Below, piece by piece: positions 24,601 through 44,499 of a DNA stretch of 64,000 bases. The notes beneath the pieces are model-generated. The model did no database searches. It was given only the letters and a program-made list of their open reading frames with translations, and had not been told where the DNA came from. The DNA is taken from NCBI GenBank assembly GCA_051294375.1, contig CM119265.1, positions 22,837,022-22,901,021 of the forward strand, written 5' to 3'. Each line of letters begins with the position of its first letter. Positions within the stretch are counted from its first letter, which is position 1. Origin of the DNA: Paraspadella gotoi. Lineage: Eukaryota; Animalia; Chaetognatha. A program made the position numbers and the translations under genes.

Positions 24601-26627
24601 AGACAACTCCGGTAACTTTCTTAACCCCAACAACTTGGCTTCGGTCGTCGCTCCGCTTCCAAGGGCAGGGAGAGCCTGGGGAGCTAGGAGGTTAGGGTTG
24701 AACCCGGTACCATAGAGGTTATGAGGCAACGGCTTTACTCAATGAGCCACAGGCATGAGTCCATTAGCTAGCGCTGTCGTGCTAGAATTTGTCCGCGATC
24801 CGTACCTCATCGTGAAGTAACTCCTGACGGCGAAATTCCCGTTGCAATTCATCTTCCGGTGACCAGATGAATCTTCCACGGTCACGGGTTCGATTCCGTT
24901 TTGAGACACGGAGTAAAGCGGAGGTTCGACGCCGCAACCGTCCACCAATCTATGGAAGGGGGGGGGGAAAGCAAGCACTTCAAATCGATGGGTCGATGGT
25001 TCAAATAAGTTGATTATAAATAAATAAATAACCCAAAAATAGATTTAAGTCTAATAATTAAATAATGATCGAATCAAACAATAAACTAATAAAACAATTA
25101 GTCATTTTAATATTCAGGCAGTACGCAAAATTTAAAACCAATCAAGTGCTCACCTGTCCAACTCTCTCAGACTTTGGGTAAGTCGATCGTCGGGACTCAA
25201 TCTCTGACGCAGTTGAGTTGGGGACAGAGAATCAAGGGAGGCCGCGGAAGATTTGTTGCCTGCGATCGAGCGAAGAGTCAATCGATCAAGTAAGTTTTAC
25301 TTACCAAATGAAAATGAATTCATTTGTCACCAGAGATGAAAACGTAACGAGACGAAATGGAAGAAAATTGACGAGTCACGTTTGAATAAACTCTTTTTAA
25401 TTTTTTCGTGGCGACTTTTTTTACCTGCAAAGTAACAGATGATGCTGATGACGACGATCATAATAAAAATGCCGACGATAACGATGACGACGATGTGTTC
25501 TCTGGCGAAATAAGGATGGAATTCATTATTTTTTTTTACATAAGCTGGATTAATCTTTATTATTTGAAATACGTCTAACAAGGAATCAACTATGAATACA
25601 ACTAAAAAGAAAGAAAGGAATAAAAACCGAACGAAAAAAAAAATAAAGAAAGAGCTATGTACTTATAAAGAAATATATATTATCAGAGTCAGAGATATTG
25701 ATCATTTATCTTTCCTCACGTTCTGAGCCCCTTATCATCCGAATCGTAGTCGTATTCCAAGTATTCGACTTCTCCCGTGTAATAAACCGATCGGTACCCG
25801 TTGTATCTGTAGCGATAATTGCCACTGATGAACGTCCGTCCACCTGGAGAAAAAAAAGAAGAAATTACGTAAGTTAAACTAAGAAAACAAACGAACATAT
25901 GACAACAACAAACAAACAGCGAAACCTTGAATCAAATAGAGACAATTTTTATGTATAATAATGACGAAGTATTTAATATAGAAGGGATATTAATAATTAA
26001 AATCTTTACCTCCCAAAGAAGTGTATCTGGCATTGCTGAATCTCGCCGCGTCCTTTCCCTCGCCTCCTTCCGGTTCCGCTGAAACAAAGAAACCAGAATT
26101 CAGTTTTATTTGTTTACCGAGCGTCGGAGATTCCATCACAGGATCTAGGAGATGGAATCTTCTGACGAGGAACTATTTGGGGATTTTGTCCAAGACGAAT
26201 TGTTTTGACAGCTCGTGATGCAGTAGACGAAAACCTCACGGGCGACCTTGGGCTTGGAATCTAAAACGGCAGTGTTTCTGGCCAAAAAAATTTACCGTTT
26301 GGCACAAATAAGTCTGAAGGAATAATGTAATTCGATTTGATTTAAGGAGTATTTATTTATTGAAAAATTCATCAATTGTAAATTAAAGCCTGCTTTCGGT
26401 TATATTCTTTTTTTGGACGTTTTATATTATAAATTATATTATAAATATATATAGAAAATATATATATAAATTATAAATTATAAATTATAACTATATCTTA
26501 TTCAGTTATTGAGTTTAACAAACGAACAGATAGAATTATGCTTCAAATATCTTTAATTACCGGCGAGAAGACGGAGGCAACCGATCAGGAGGAAGAGGCC
26601 CAACGAAACAACTCTGGAAAACTCCAT
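17603..26627 (-). CDS. Uncharacterised type I single-pass membrane protein (about 440 aa) with two cytosolic Cys-rich modules; exons 26627-26561, 26078-26010, 25843-25720, 25501-25425, 25259-25154, 24949-24806, 22473-22322, 20524-20386 (indel-damaged), 19372-19115, 17787-17603
   Basis: Nine exons have canonical AG/GT boundaries. Exons 1-7 join in phase (1,1,2,1,2,2) and exons 9-10 join in phase 1. Translation gives a signal peptide (MEFSRVVSLGLFLLIGCLRLLA), a Tyr-rich ectodomain, a TM helix (IVVIVIVGIFIMIVVISIICYFA), PPLY, the module FHCGETVLNCKCCDGICGPLKGCNCEACRILD, a second module in exon 8 that needs about six 1-bp restorations, a Pro/Thr-rich tail and a stop after GIRHQL. Confidence 0.82.
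21060..21475. repeat. Pyrimidine-rich degenerate minisatellite (TTTCCTCCC-type units), intronic
   Basis: Recurrent tttcctccc / tttcctatc units. It accounts for the F/P/L-rich pseudo-ORFs at 20732-21601. Confidence 0.85.
22137..22335 (-). repeat. 22-bp minisatellite x9 built from an exon end plus 5' splice site
   Basis: Plus-strand unit GAGCTTACCTTTTTTAGCGAGC starts at 22137, 22159, 22181, 22203, 22225, 22247, 22269, 22291 (23 bp) and 22314. On the minus strand it reads GCTCGCTAAAAAAG|GTAAGCTC. Confidence 0.95.
24640..24755 (-). mobile_element. tRNA-derived SINE-like element (copy A)
   Basis: The minus strand reads GTGGCTCATTGAGTAAAGCC...GGTACCGGGTTCAACCCT (A-box-like and B-box-like). The blocks AACCCGGTACC and GGCTTTACTCAATGAGCCAC recur at 51069-51117. 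Confidence 0.6.
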
Positions 26628-26834
26628 ATTTCCGTTTTCTTTGTTTTTATTTTGTTTTATTTTCGTTTTATCGTTTTACTTTTTTTTCGGAGTTTTCTGT
26701 CCTTATCTCCTTTTCGCTTTTGTTTTATTTCCGTTTTTTTAAATCAACAGTTTTCGTCGGAGTGAAAGGCAGTCGTCGTCATTGTCGTCGTCGTCGTCGT
26801 CGTTTCGGTCGTTGTCATTCGGTCGATTAAAACC

Positions 26835-34362
<7,528 letters not shown>

Positions 34363-34781
34363 NNNNNNNNNNNNNNNNNNNNNNNNNTTAAACAAAATCT
34401 AACCAAATCCCTAAACTGATCCCTAAACTGATCCCTAACCTGATCCCTAACCTGATCCCTAAACATAATCCCTGACCAAAACCTTAAGCTCATATTTATG
34501 AATTATCCCTAACTATTAAACTAATTATTAAATATAAAAACAAACATGATTCTAAATTTAAGCGGAAATAGGGCGCTTTCGAAACAAACAAAAACATGTT
34601 TTGTTTCAAAGTTTCACTATAAAATGACTGTTAACGATGTTAACCTCTCATCGCTGGGTTATTCCACAGTCATTTTAACTTTAATCTTTTTTTTTATCGC
34701 AGCCAATGACGAACTCCACGACGAAGAAAATGTTTCATTAAGTCGTAAGTCGCTACTGAAAAAAGAGAGAAAATCTAAGAA

Positions 34782-34863
34782 GTCGTCGTCGTCGTCGTCT
34801 TCGTCGTCGTCTTCGTCGTCGTCGTCTTCGTCGTCGTCGTCTTCGTCGTCGTCGTCGTCGTCG
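34782..34863. repeat. (TCG)n/(TCT) trinucleotide microsatellite
   Basis: Read directly. It produces the poly-Ser pseudo-ORF 34546-34875. Confidence 0.9.
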
Positions 34864-36074
34864 CTCTTGGGGTAAAAAATGGGTTTCGAAGATGAGAGGA
34901 AGTTTATTAGTCTGAGTGAGAATTAGAGGGAAGAAGGTGATGGTGGGGAAAAGTAAGGGGGGAGGAGAAGAGAAAAAGGATAAAGGAAAAAGAAAGGGAA
35001 GGAGAATGGAAAAGAGAGAGAGAGAGAAAAAAAAAAGAAAGGAAAAGAAAAGAAAGAAAGTAGAAGAATGAATGATGAGAGATTTTAGAAAAATGAAAGT
35101 ACCATCATGGAAAAAATAACAGTCGCGGTAACTTTCCAGATATTACAGCTTGTTAAGAACCATCTTTTACCCCAAATCTGATAAAGAATATTATGTCGGA
35201 GATAAGAGAGAAAGCAAAAGAAGGACAGAAAAATAGAGAATGTAGAAGAAGAAAAGGAAAAAAAATGAGAGAAAGTAAAAGGAATAGAGAGAACTTTAAA
35301 AAGGGAGGAAGTCAACAGTGGATCTGTTACTAAAGTTATCTCGTCTCAAAAAACGAATCATTAAAGATTTATTATGTTCCTAGCTGACCCGACTTTCCTG
35401 TAACTGTCCGTAGAAAAGGGATTGAGAGAGAGTGAGTGAATGAGAGAGAGAGAGAGCGATAGCGAGAAGAGAGAGAGATAGCTGGCGCCATGAAATAAGT
35501 GACGAACCGGCGAAGCGGATAAAGAAAGCAGGGAAAAAGTCATCGTAAAAAAAGAAAAAAAAGAAAAAATGATAAGAAATTCGCGTCAAATTCGATAAGA
35601 GATGAAAAGGAGAAATAAAAAAGAAATTAAGTTTATCGTTGAATGAAAAAGTAATAATCCAGTTATTTTCTTAAAAGTCTTATTGCAATAAAAAATGGGT
35701 TACCGAAATTGAAAACACGGAATTGTGATTCCGTGAAAATTGAAAGGAAAATTGAAAGGAAAATTGAAAGGAAGTTCGAGGGGAAAAAATCATGATGCTG
35801 ATGATGATGATTAATGGATCCCTCGTCGAGGAAAATGGATTCAGAAGGAAAGATTCCAGTTGAGGCTCAAGAACTCGGGACTCAAATATTTTTTGGGGGG
35901 GATTTTATTAAACTGCGTTTTAAACTTAGTAACGTTGACAGAGACAAACTTATCTATTTACATTAAAACCAATTCATGTATATTTTTAATGATATTTAAA
36001 ATTTTTATTTAATTTTTTTCCCCCGCTAGTTATTACTATTTCGTTTACAGGATCATTACTGAAAAAAAAAATAT

Positions 36075-36304
36075 AACAAGAATAGAATTTCCAATGTGTG
36101 TTGCGCCGTAGTAACTTTCTTATGTCGTGTATTTCTGTGTATCCTCGACACGCGCTGCGTTGGAATCTCGTCTTTGATTCTTTATAGTTTGTAAGATTCA
36201 AACTTAACAAATACTTCTGTCTTAACAAATGACCATCCAACTAACGTAAGTGGGACCGACGGACAGACATACCCACCTAAAAGTAAAAGAGCTGATCCGC
36301 GAGT
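36075..36304 (+). mobile_element. About 230-bp non-autonomous element, DINE-1/HINE-like (copy 1)
   Basis: Shares ordered blocks with 36816-37050: AACAAG, CCAATGTG(TG)TTGCGCCGYAGTRACTTTCTT, CTGTCTTAACAA.TGA.CA.CCAA, GACGGAC.GAC, AG.TG.TCCGCGAGT. Confidence 0.6.
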
Positions 36305-36815
36305 CTTTCATATCGAGTATCGAATCGGGTATTGTTCAAACTGAAATTAATCAATGCCCCTCGACTCCAGCTGGATTTCACAATCGAATGAATCACAAAT
36401 TTGATTTTTCGCTTATATTCAGTCAGGCTTTGTCGATAGGTCGGACCGGCCAGTGATATTTAAATCAATAAATCTGCCTTTATTGTTAGTTAAATTTGAT
36501 CAACCTCTAATATGAGCTATGATTGAATTATGAAATATCGCTGGTTTAATCTTGACAATTCAACGAATTAAACAGAGCCTATTTGCTATCGAGCCGCGAC
36601 AACGTACTTCCGCTGACCAATGACCGAAGGCCGACTCAATCTCTCTTTCCGTTCACCTAATGGACGGCCGCCACTGCGTTGGCGCGATTATTTATTTTTT
36701 TTACTTTCTTGGTGAATGCGAATGAAAAATTGTAAAATATAAAAAGTAAATATACGATTAATCGTTAAACTTGACTGAGAGGGAAGATCTGAGGGGGATA
36801 GTAAAAAAGTAAGAA

Positions 36816-37050
36816 AACAAGATCGGTCCATCCAATGTGTTGCGCCGCAGTGACTTTCTTTTCACGTGAGATCACATGTGATCATAAGACTACATGATTA
36901 GAAAATTTATGTTTTAGGATTTCCTGAAGGCGGTAAGATTTTAGGTTTTTTTTTCCTGTCTTAACAACTGAGCAACCAAGTTATGAGCTTTTTTATTATA
37001 ACTGGGATAGACTGACGGACCGACCGAAAAGTTGCTCCGCGAGTAATAAA
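36816..37050 (+). mobile_element. About 230-bp non-autonomous element, DINE-1/HINE-like (copy 2)
   Basis: Same ordered blocks as copy 1 at 36075-36304; ends AGTTGCTCCGCGAGTAATAAA. Confidence 0.6.
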
Positions 37051-37330
37051 GGAAATTAGCAAATAATAAGCAAAAGAGAATCAATATAATATTATCGGGA
37101 AATTCCTTTCGAGATCAGAGCTGATATTGGGCTCGATTACGTCATTCCTAATTTCCTAATTTCCTAATTTCCTACAACCCAATTCGAAAGTAGAAAAAGA
37201 CTCTTTCTTTCTCTCTCTCCCTCTTTCTTTCCCATTCATATTCTACTAAGTTATTATCCACTGTCATTGACCGATGTGACATTTCAAACTGTTTACACTT
37301 GACAAAGATGTGCGATTTAATTCAACTTTC

Positions 37331-37369
<39 letters not shown>

Positions 37370-38962
37370 CTCTCTCTCTCTCTTTCTCGTAATTTTTTTT
37401 TTAAACAAGGCGTTAAATCAACCGAGTTGTTTTGATTCGATCGTTATACGAACTTCGGAAACCAAAGATTTTCAGTTGAGTCAATCGCGACTCAAGTTTA
37501 TTTTACGCTCGATTTTTTTGTTGCAAAAACTCAAACAAAATCGGAACAGAAAAAAAAAAGATTTTGCGCAAAAAAGTGGGGGAAAGTTCCAACGGAGAGA
37601 CGGAGTGTGTGACACGAGGGGAGAGAGACACAGAGAGCGAGACTCCAATCATTCCTTGCTTTTTCTTGCAGCGTTGCAGTGATTCCACTTGAGTTTTTCA
37701 CCCTTTCCTTCATCGTTCACCTTTTTTGGCCCTCGAGGGAAATTTTCACTTTTCTCTCTCTGATTATCTCAAATCTTGGCTTTAACTTTTTTTCGGCTTT
37801 ACTTAGCTTTTTAAATTTTCAAAATTGCTTAAACAGTGAGCCCACAGAAGAGCACACACAAAAATTCACTTCTTTCGATTTCTCTCGTTTTTTTCTTCTT
37901 TGAGATCGAATAATCGTAGGAGGAACATTCAATTAAATAATAAATTTACGTTCGCCAATAAGTCAAATAACAGTTTTTATCGGCAGCTGCGATTTGACAC
38001 TTTTCGGTCAATTTTATCATTTTATTTTTTTCTTGACATAGCTAAATTTAGGTTTACGCCTAAGTAAACCAGAGAAAAATTTAAACTTTGTTTCAAAATA
38101 ACCGGAATAAAAAAATATTACCATTTTAACCTTCATAATCAACATGGAGACATCTCATGTCGAGCATCCGGTCAAATAAAAAAGTCACGTTAAAGGTCAA
38201 CGATCATCAGCATAATTTTTTTTGTCGTCGCACGCTATGTGCTTTGTTCTCAAATGAGGAACTAAAAAATGTCTTTCGTTTAATATTCCATTCAAGATTC
38301 AATTTTCGCTAAGAAAAGTTTCAAACGTAATTAATAAAATAATAATAAATTAATTAATCTCAGATGCTTAGCCAACTTTTAGCCCGAGAGTCAACAGAAA
38401 AATCAGTAAAAAAAAATAAAAGGCGCTTCAACATTTCCCAGCTCAGAACAGGTTAGTCGAATCAGCTCGTTTTCCATTCTTTGCTTTAGTTACGACGACG
38501 ACGACAAAATCGATTCAACCCTTACCCGACGAGTCTCGCCTGAGGAACACTTGAGAAATCATCATTGCCAAGTAAATCAAATATTTTGAAAAAAAAAAGA
38601 TCTGCTCCCATCAAAGATTTAAACGAAAATAACTTTAAAAAAATAATCTTTATTTAGATCAAAACAAAACAAATATTTTTTTTAAGGGGAAAACCATAAA
38701 TTGAACCGCTCCCACATAACGATAACGAAAGTTAAAAAGTTTGAAAACTCATTAATTATTAAAAAAAAAAGAAAAAGAAAAATAATGACGAATAAAAAAC
38801 AAATCCAATAAACGAGAACGAAAAAGAACGGGAATTTTTAAAATCGAAAATGTTTTGTCGGGTTACAACGCGGGTCGCATTCGCCTGGATTTTAATTTAA
38901 CAATTTGCGTTCGAATTGCAATGGCTTAGAACGTAAAGTCTTCCATAAAAAACCTTTTTCGG

Positions 38963-40126
38963 ATGCCATCAAATCCCCGGAATCGGACGATGCCGGAATT
39001 CGTCCCCGGCGTCGGGTTCGCTTCCGGCTTCGGCGCCGACCGGAAAGACCCCAAGTTCAAATTGTCCAAGAGCATCGCAGCCTCGGCCACGGGCCTGCTC
39101 GTCGCTGTCTTGGGTGAGTAGGAAATTTTTGGGCTGTAAAATCGAGTCAAATATTGAAACAATTTAATATGTACATTTCTATACATATTTTTACATTTAT
39201 ATACTACTTTATCGTAAATATATTGGGCGTCAGACAGTTAATTCTTTTAGTTTATCAATTACAGAAGCCGAAACAAATTTGAAGGGAACTTCAACTTGTT
39301 AAAGCTTACCAATGACGCTGTAAATTATTCAGGCACTGACCCGCATTCACAGTTTGTGAATCAGTTGGTGAAAAATTGGACGATAGTATCGTCACTCGTC
39401 AGTCGTCTTCACTTTACAATTTTCTTATCATACAGGCGTATTCCTCGTGAGTCTCGGCCTCTTCTTCCCCGTCGCCTCGTCGCAGGCTTTCTTCGTCTCC
39501 GGCGTGGTCATCGCCGCCCTTGGATTCGGCGCCATGATCTTTGGCTGCACGACGGCGGATCACGGGAATCGGATAAAGGAGCACGCCTACTTGAAGGGAG
39601 TCGACTGCCCGTGCAACGGTTGGTTTATCCGTGTTAAATGTTAAATTGTTGTAGTAAATGATTTGAAAGTAATTGAAATTACCCTCAGTACTCGCAGGAC
39701 ATACAAAGTAAAATTATTTTAAATAAGTACTACATACATACATACTCTATAGGATAAGTAAATGATTTTTTTAAACGATTGAAACGATCAAGTTTCTTTA
39801 CCCCCAACTTTCTAGCCCCGGAAGACAGTCCGTTCCAGCGCGGATACCGCTCTCCGTCGCAACCGCCCTCCGGCGAAGGCTCCACCGTCACCACAGTTTC
39901 GGACCAAAGCACTTCCGGCATAGGGGCGTCGGCCAACTCCACTTCCGGCCTGGGGGCGTCGGACTCACCGCTCCCGTCACCCCGTGCGCGCCTCGACGAT
40001 CTCGAACTCCTAGACGCCTCCTCCTCTTCCTCGCACGGAAACGAAGCCGGCGCGACGGGCGGCGCGGTCGAGGAGACGACGTTGCGCGACACGGCGTCTT
40101 CCTCGGCTTTGATTTTTACGATATGA
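38963..40126 (+). CDS. Uncharacterised two-TM membrane protein (214 aa) with a Ser-rich C-terminal tail; exons 38963-39113, 39436-39618, 39816-40126
   Basis: Two phase-1 GT-AG introns join GC-rich exons into one open frame: ...IAASATGLLVAVLGVFLVSLGLFFPV (TM1), AFFVSGVVIAALGFGAMIFGC (TM2), then DCPC, an S/G/T-rich tail and ...SSSALIFTI*. The start could instead be the second ATG at 38990. Confidence 0.8.
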
Positions 40127-40674
40127 TCAGGAGAGGGAAATCGATCTCTTAACGACACTTCTCTCTCTCTCTCTCTCTCTTCGTCGAATCTACCGTTCAA
40201 TTTACAAATAGTACGTTCTTGTTATACGCGATTGTTACTTTACAATTTTCAGCCATTCCTGATTCCATGTTCTGTGATAGAGGTTTGTATTCGAGTTTTA
40301 AATATACGTCTTAATCGTTTCATGTTCATATTTTTTATTGAAGTATACTCGACTAGCGTTCGTGAGAAAACTTTGAGGTCTGATCTTATTTAGCGTTTAA
40401 TATAATTTCTACTTTCAGTATGTAAAGTGGTCCCTATAGTTTTTCAACTAACTTATTTTAGGTACTAAACTGCTCTCCAATATACTTGCAGAGTTCAAAA
40501 CACGTTTTGACAATTATGAACAATTTCGAAATGGATGCACAAAATTTCTTAAGCACTTTCTTAATAATTTCGCGTAATAAATATGTACTCTGCATACTTT
40601 GTGCATCCATTAAGAGATTGTTTTTTTTTAGGATTCTATTTTCTGGGTAAATAACACAGAACTAGACCAGAAGA

Positions 40675-40785
40675 AAGCAGGAAGAGTAGTGCCTCCATGC
40701 TCAGAACAGATGCACTGGATAAAGTTTTACACTGCAAAAGACATTGAAGTGTGTACGCTTTGTTGATTGGAAGGGGTTTTCTACT
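40675..40785 (+). mobile_element. Decayed non-LTR retrotransposon RT fragment (RTE-like)
   Basis: One frame reads QEE*CLHAQNRCTG*SFTLQKTLKCVRFVDWKGF, resembling the LINE RT consensus EEQxGFR..RSCxDQIFTLRQxxEK...CFVDxxKAFD with stops and a deletion. Confidence 0.45.
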
Positions 40786-43700
40786 ACGACGAGACTATTA
40801 CAGTAAACTACAGTTAAGAGAAGCACGGATAATTTGATCTCACTTAATAAGCAGTTGCAGTGCAGCAAAACTATTCATAATCTTTTCTCAGCATGGACGC
40901 ATACAAAATCGAACTTTTTTCAAGGCGAATAAAAATTCTCTCGATTCGTCAGGAATTCGACAGCGGCAAATTTCTTAACCAATTGGAGAAGAAAGCGGGA
41001 ATCATTCGTGTTAACTCTTAAAAAATAAAAAGCGGCAAAACATTTATTAAATAATGATATGCAAGTAATTTTTTTTTTTAATGTTCATTTGAGAAATGCG
41101 TTTCGCGAAATATAAATCGCTAAAGAAAGCTTTCTACGTAGCTTTACTTCTAATATACGAATAGAGTATCAAGGAAAGGTAGGGGGAAATATCGGTCGAG
41201 AATTTGCAACTATCAAATTTTCGTTTTATCGAATTTTTATCGGTGGTATATTGTTTTTTTTTAAAAAAGAGAGAAGGCCGGAATTTAAAATGGGGAAATG
41301 ATTTTACCAAATGTCTTTCGATAAAATATTTTAAAAATAAAACTATTAGTAAATTCAATAATGAAAAATCCAGTCCGTCCTTAATCCGACCTTCGTTTAA
41401 ACACTTTTTCTCCTAATTTTAGTTTTTTGTTTTTTTTGTTTCAATTTTTGTAAAGTTTTAACGTTGTATATAAGCTGACTGAGGGTAGTCACAGTCAGCA
41501 GTTCTTTCCATGCCTCGTTCTTTCTGATCACTGAAACTTGACACGACGTCACACACATCTACTGTGCGTTGATATGGGATCCCGTACACCGCTTCACACA
41601 GGGGGAAAAGAGCGAGAGAAGTAGAATTGACTACTCATAATTGGAGATCACATTGTGGAAAGAGATAAAGCTAGGGAGACTGGGAGGGAGAGAACTGAGA
41701 AGAGGAAGAGAAAAGAGGAAGAGACATTCAGGAGCCGATATCAAATCGAGGCAAAATGGAGGGGAAGAAGTAGTTTCGTCGATCGCGAATTTTTATTAAA
41801 AATAAATTGAAACAATTTCTAAGAAATCATCGTTTTGTTAAAACGAAGAGAGCGAGGAGAAAAAACTTATTCCAACCCCACTACCTCGGGTGCGTGACTT
41901 TTTGTTTTTATTTACTTGGGAACTGTTAAGATGGGGATACCAAGTAATTCTACAGGTATCACACACGACGACCTATCAGAGGGAGGGAGACAGGGAAAGG
42001 AGGCACAAGTACAGAAAACACTATTTATGACTGGATAGAAAGTGATTTTTGTTTTGTTTTTTGGTTTTTTTTTTTTTTTAAATAGGTCCGCAATCACCGA
42101 TTGCTGGTTCAAAAAAGGAAAACGAAAAGAGAGAGAGAGAACGGAAAGGAGGTAGAGTGTAAACGACGGGCTGATCTTCACTACGGAGACGCGTGAGCAT
42201 TTTTTGCGCTGCTCTCGAAAAAATCTCGGAGAAAACAACCCATAGTTTCGACGCCCACCGCCCCTTAATGTCCTCAAGGGTGTGAATGATGATCATGGCA
42301 GTAGAAAGTGACTAAAAAAGCTCAAAAAAATGAATTTTTCTTCTTTTCAAGGAAATGAGGATCTAAAACAAAGATTCACGTTTTGTTTACTTTTCTGTAC
42401 CACGATACTTCGCTTGTTGACGAAAAACAAAAATAATATTTTCCTATATACGTAGCAAGCGCATTATTTTCGTATACATAAGATTGTCTAATCGTACGGA
42501 AATCTGCATATGTCCAAAAAAAAAAAAAAAGTGTAAGTATGGGGTTTGGGTTATAAAATAACCTGGGGTCGGGATAGGAAGCGGGTAATCGGTCGGGCGA
42601 GGTTTAAGATCCACAACCGCCAATAATATCGAGAAAATGAAAACCCTTGCTACGTACGAAGGTTAAACGAAATAAAAATAAACAACTTTTGTTTTTAAAA
42701 CGAGGTCAATATTGCATCTAAAGAGAGAGAGAGAACAGGGAGAGCACAAAAACACGGTGATAAACATTTTATGATTAGTGACTGGTCGGATGGATGTAGG
42801 AAAAAAAAAAATTAAATCGAAACAATTCAAAAGGAACGCCAATCAATACTCATAAAAGTGGATATCGACATGAATATGAAAATACGATTTCTAAAGAACT
42901 AACAAATGGATCTGTCGCCTTTTTTTTTCCTCTAGAATATCGAAGATCTTTTTTTTTTTTTTTTTTAAAGTTGACAAGGCGGGAGAAACCGGCACAATCG
43001 CTGGGTAGCAACAACGAGTTGATTTAAGCAATAAGATTAAATCTAATCTAGTAAAAGGAGAATCGATCACATTTGGCGGAGAGTGTGTAAAAAAATGTTG
43101 AGGCTCCAATCGCGTTAAAGCGCAAATCGGACTGACGTTTATTAATTCCATAGATTTGCGGATAAAAATAGAAGTCGGAAAAAAAAAAAGAATAAAACGG
43201 GCCTCTCCTCGCGTTAACGGGAAATGGGCCTCAACCACAGAATACAAAAAGCAATAAAAATAATATGAAGTCAACGTTTGTGCAAACTTCTCCCGTCTTT
43301 TCCTTTTTTTTCCCCATTAGGGGGGGGGGAAGGGGTAATTGGGGAGGGGGGATTGATATTCAACATGCAAATACAATTATATCTTTTTTTTCTATTAATA
43401 TCTGTTGATTTTGTTTTGACAACGATCACATTATCTACGCGAGGAGTGAGTTAGTAACCATTAGACAAGCCAATAGGTTCACTTTTTTTTTTTTAAATCG
43501 GTACAGGGTCGCCGCCATCAACTGCACCAACAAAACAACAGATGACGCAACTGATGGTGGAAACTCAAAAAATAAGGAAACAAGAAACCCGATTAAGAGA
43601 TAGGCGCTCTCTTCCCCGGTTTATAAAGGCAATAATTTAGCGCAAAAACTGATCTAAATAAAAATCAGGACTTTTTTCATTTTAAATTTCTTATTCAAAT

Positions 43701-44499
43701 TCCATATTTCTAGTTAGTCCACTTTTGCACTAATACTTGACATTGAAAAAAATTGGATCTGACCAAGACCCACAAATTGAGTCTGAACAGTCTAGCGTAA
43801 CAAACGAAAACAAAAATATAGACAGCATTTTCAGGTTAATTTGATCGAATACGTTAAGTTATTTTCCATGTAAATGCTGTATCTTTATCAAAGGAGCAAA
43901 CCTATAAAAACTGCCATTTCCTATTACTGATCAGTGTTGACACCTAAAGGAGGCTTTTTAGCATGAACTAGATAAGGGATAGAAAATGGACAATTTCTAA
44001 GTTTAAAAATCACACAGTTTACACTTGATCCTGGAATGGTAATGAAATTTATGAAAAGGAAGCAAGTGAAAATGAAACTGATAATATTTAGTTCTAATTG
44101 GTCAAAATAATTTTCAAAAAAACTTAACTGAACAAGATTCTGACCAAGTAGAGAGCCTTCAAAAGGCTTATCAAAGCATGTTGCCTGCTCCCTCTTCAAT
44201 TTTTTCACTACCACGTCTTAAAAGTGATATTGAGGTGCCTTAAGTGGCAGACGAATAAAACTAATAACAAACAACACAATGAATCACACATTTAGTCGCA
44301 CATGTGCGCAACTATGATAGAATTGATATAAATTTCTATGCCTCAGTTGAAAATCGCTACGAAGAAAAACGAATAATTTAGATTTAATTCTGGGGGAAAT
44401 AAAGTTAAAATGAAAAGAGTTTCTCCGGAATTCTCAACTGCTTCACAGAATGACTCGAATTTGATATGACGCCAGCAAGAATTTAAATATACCAGGTTT

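Noticed and set aside
24690-24755. Functional tRNA-Met gene
   Set aside because: A/B-box-like motifs and CAT are present, but I cannot fold proper acceptor and anticodon stems, and a diverged second copy points to a SINE.
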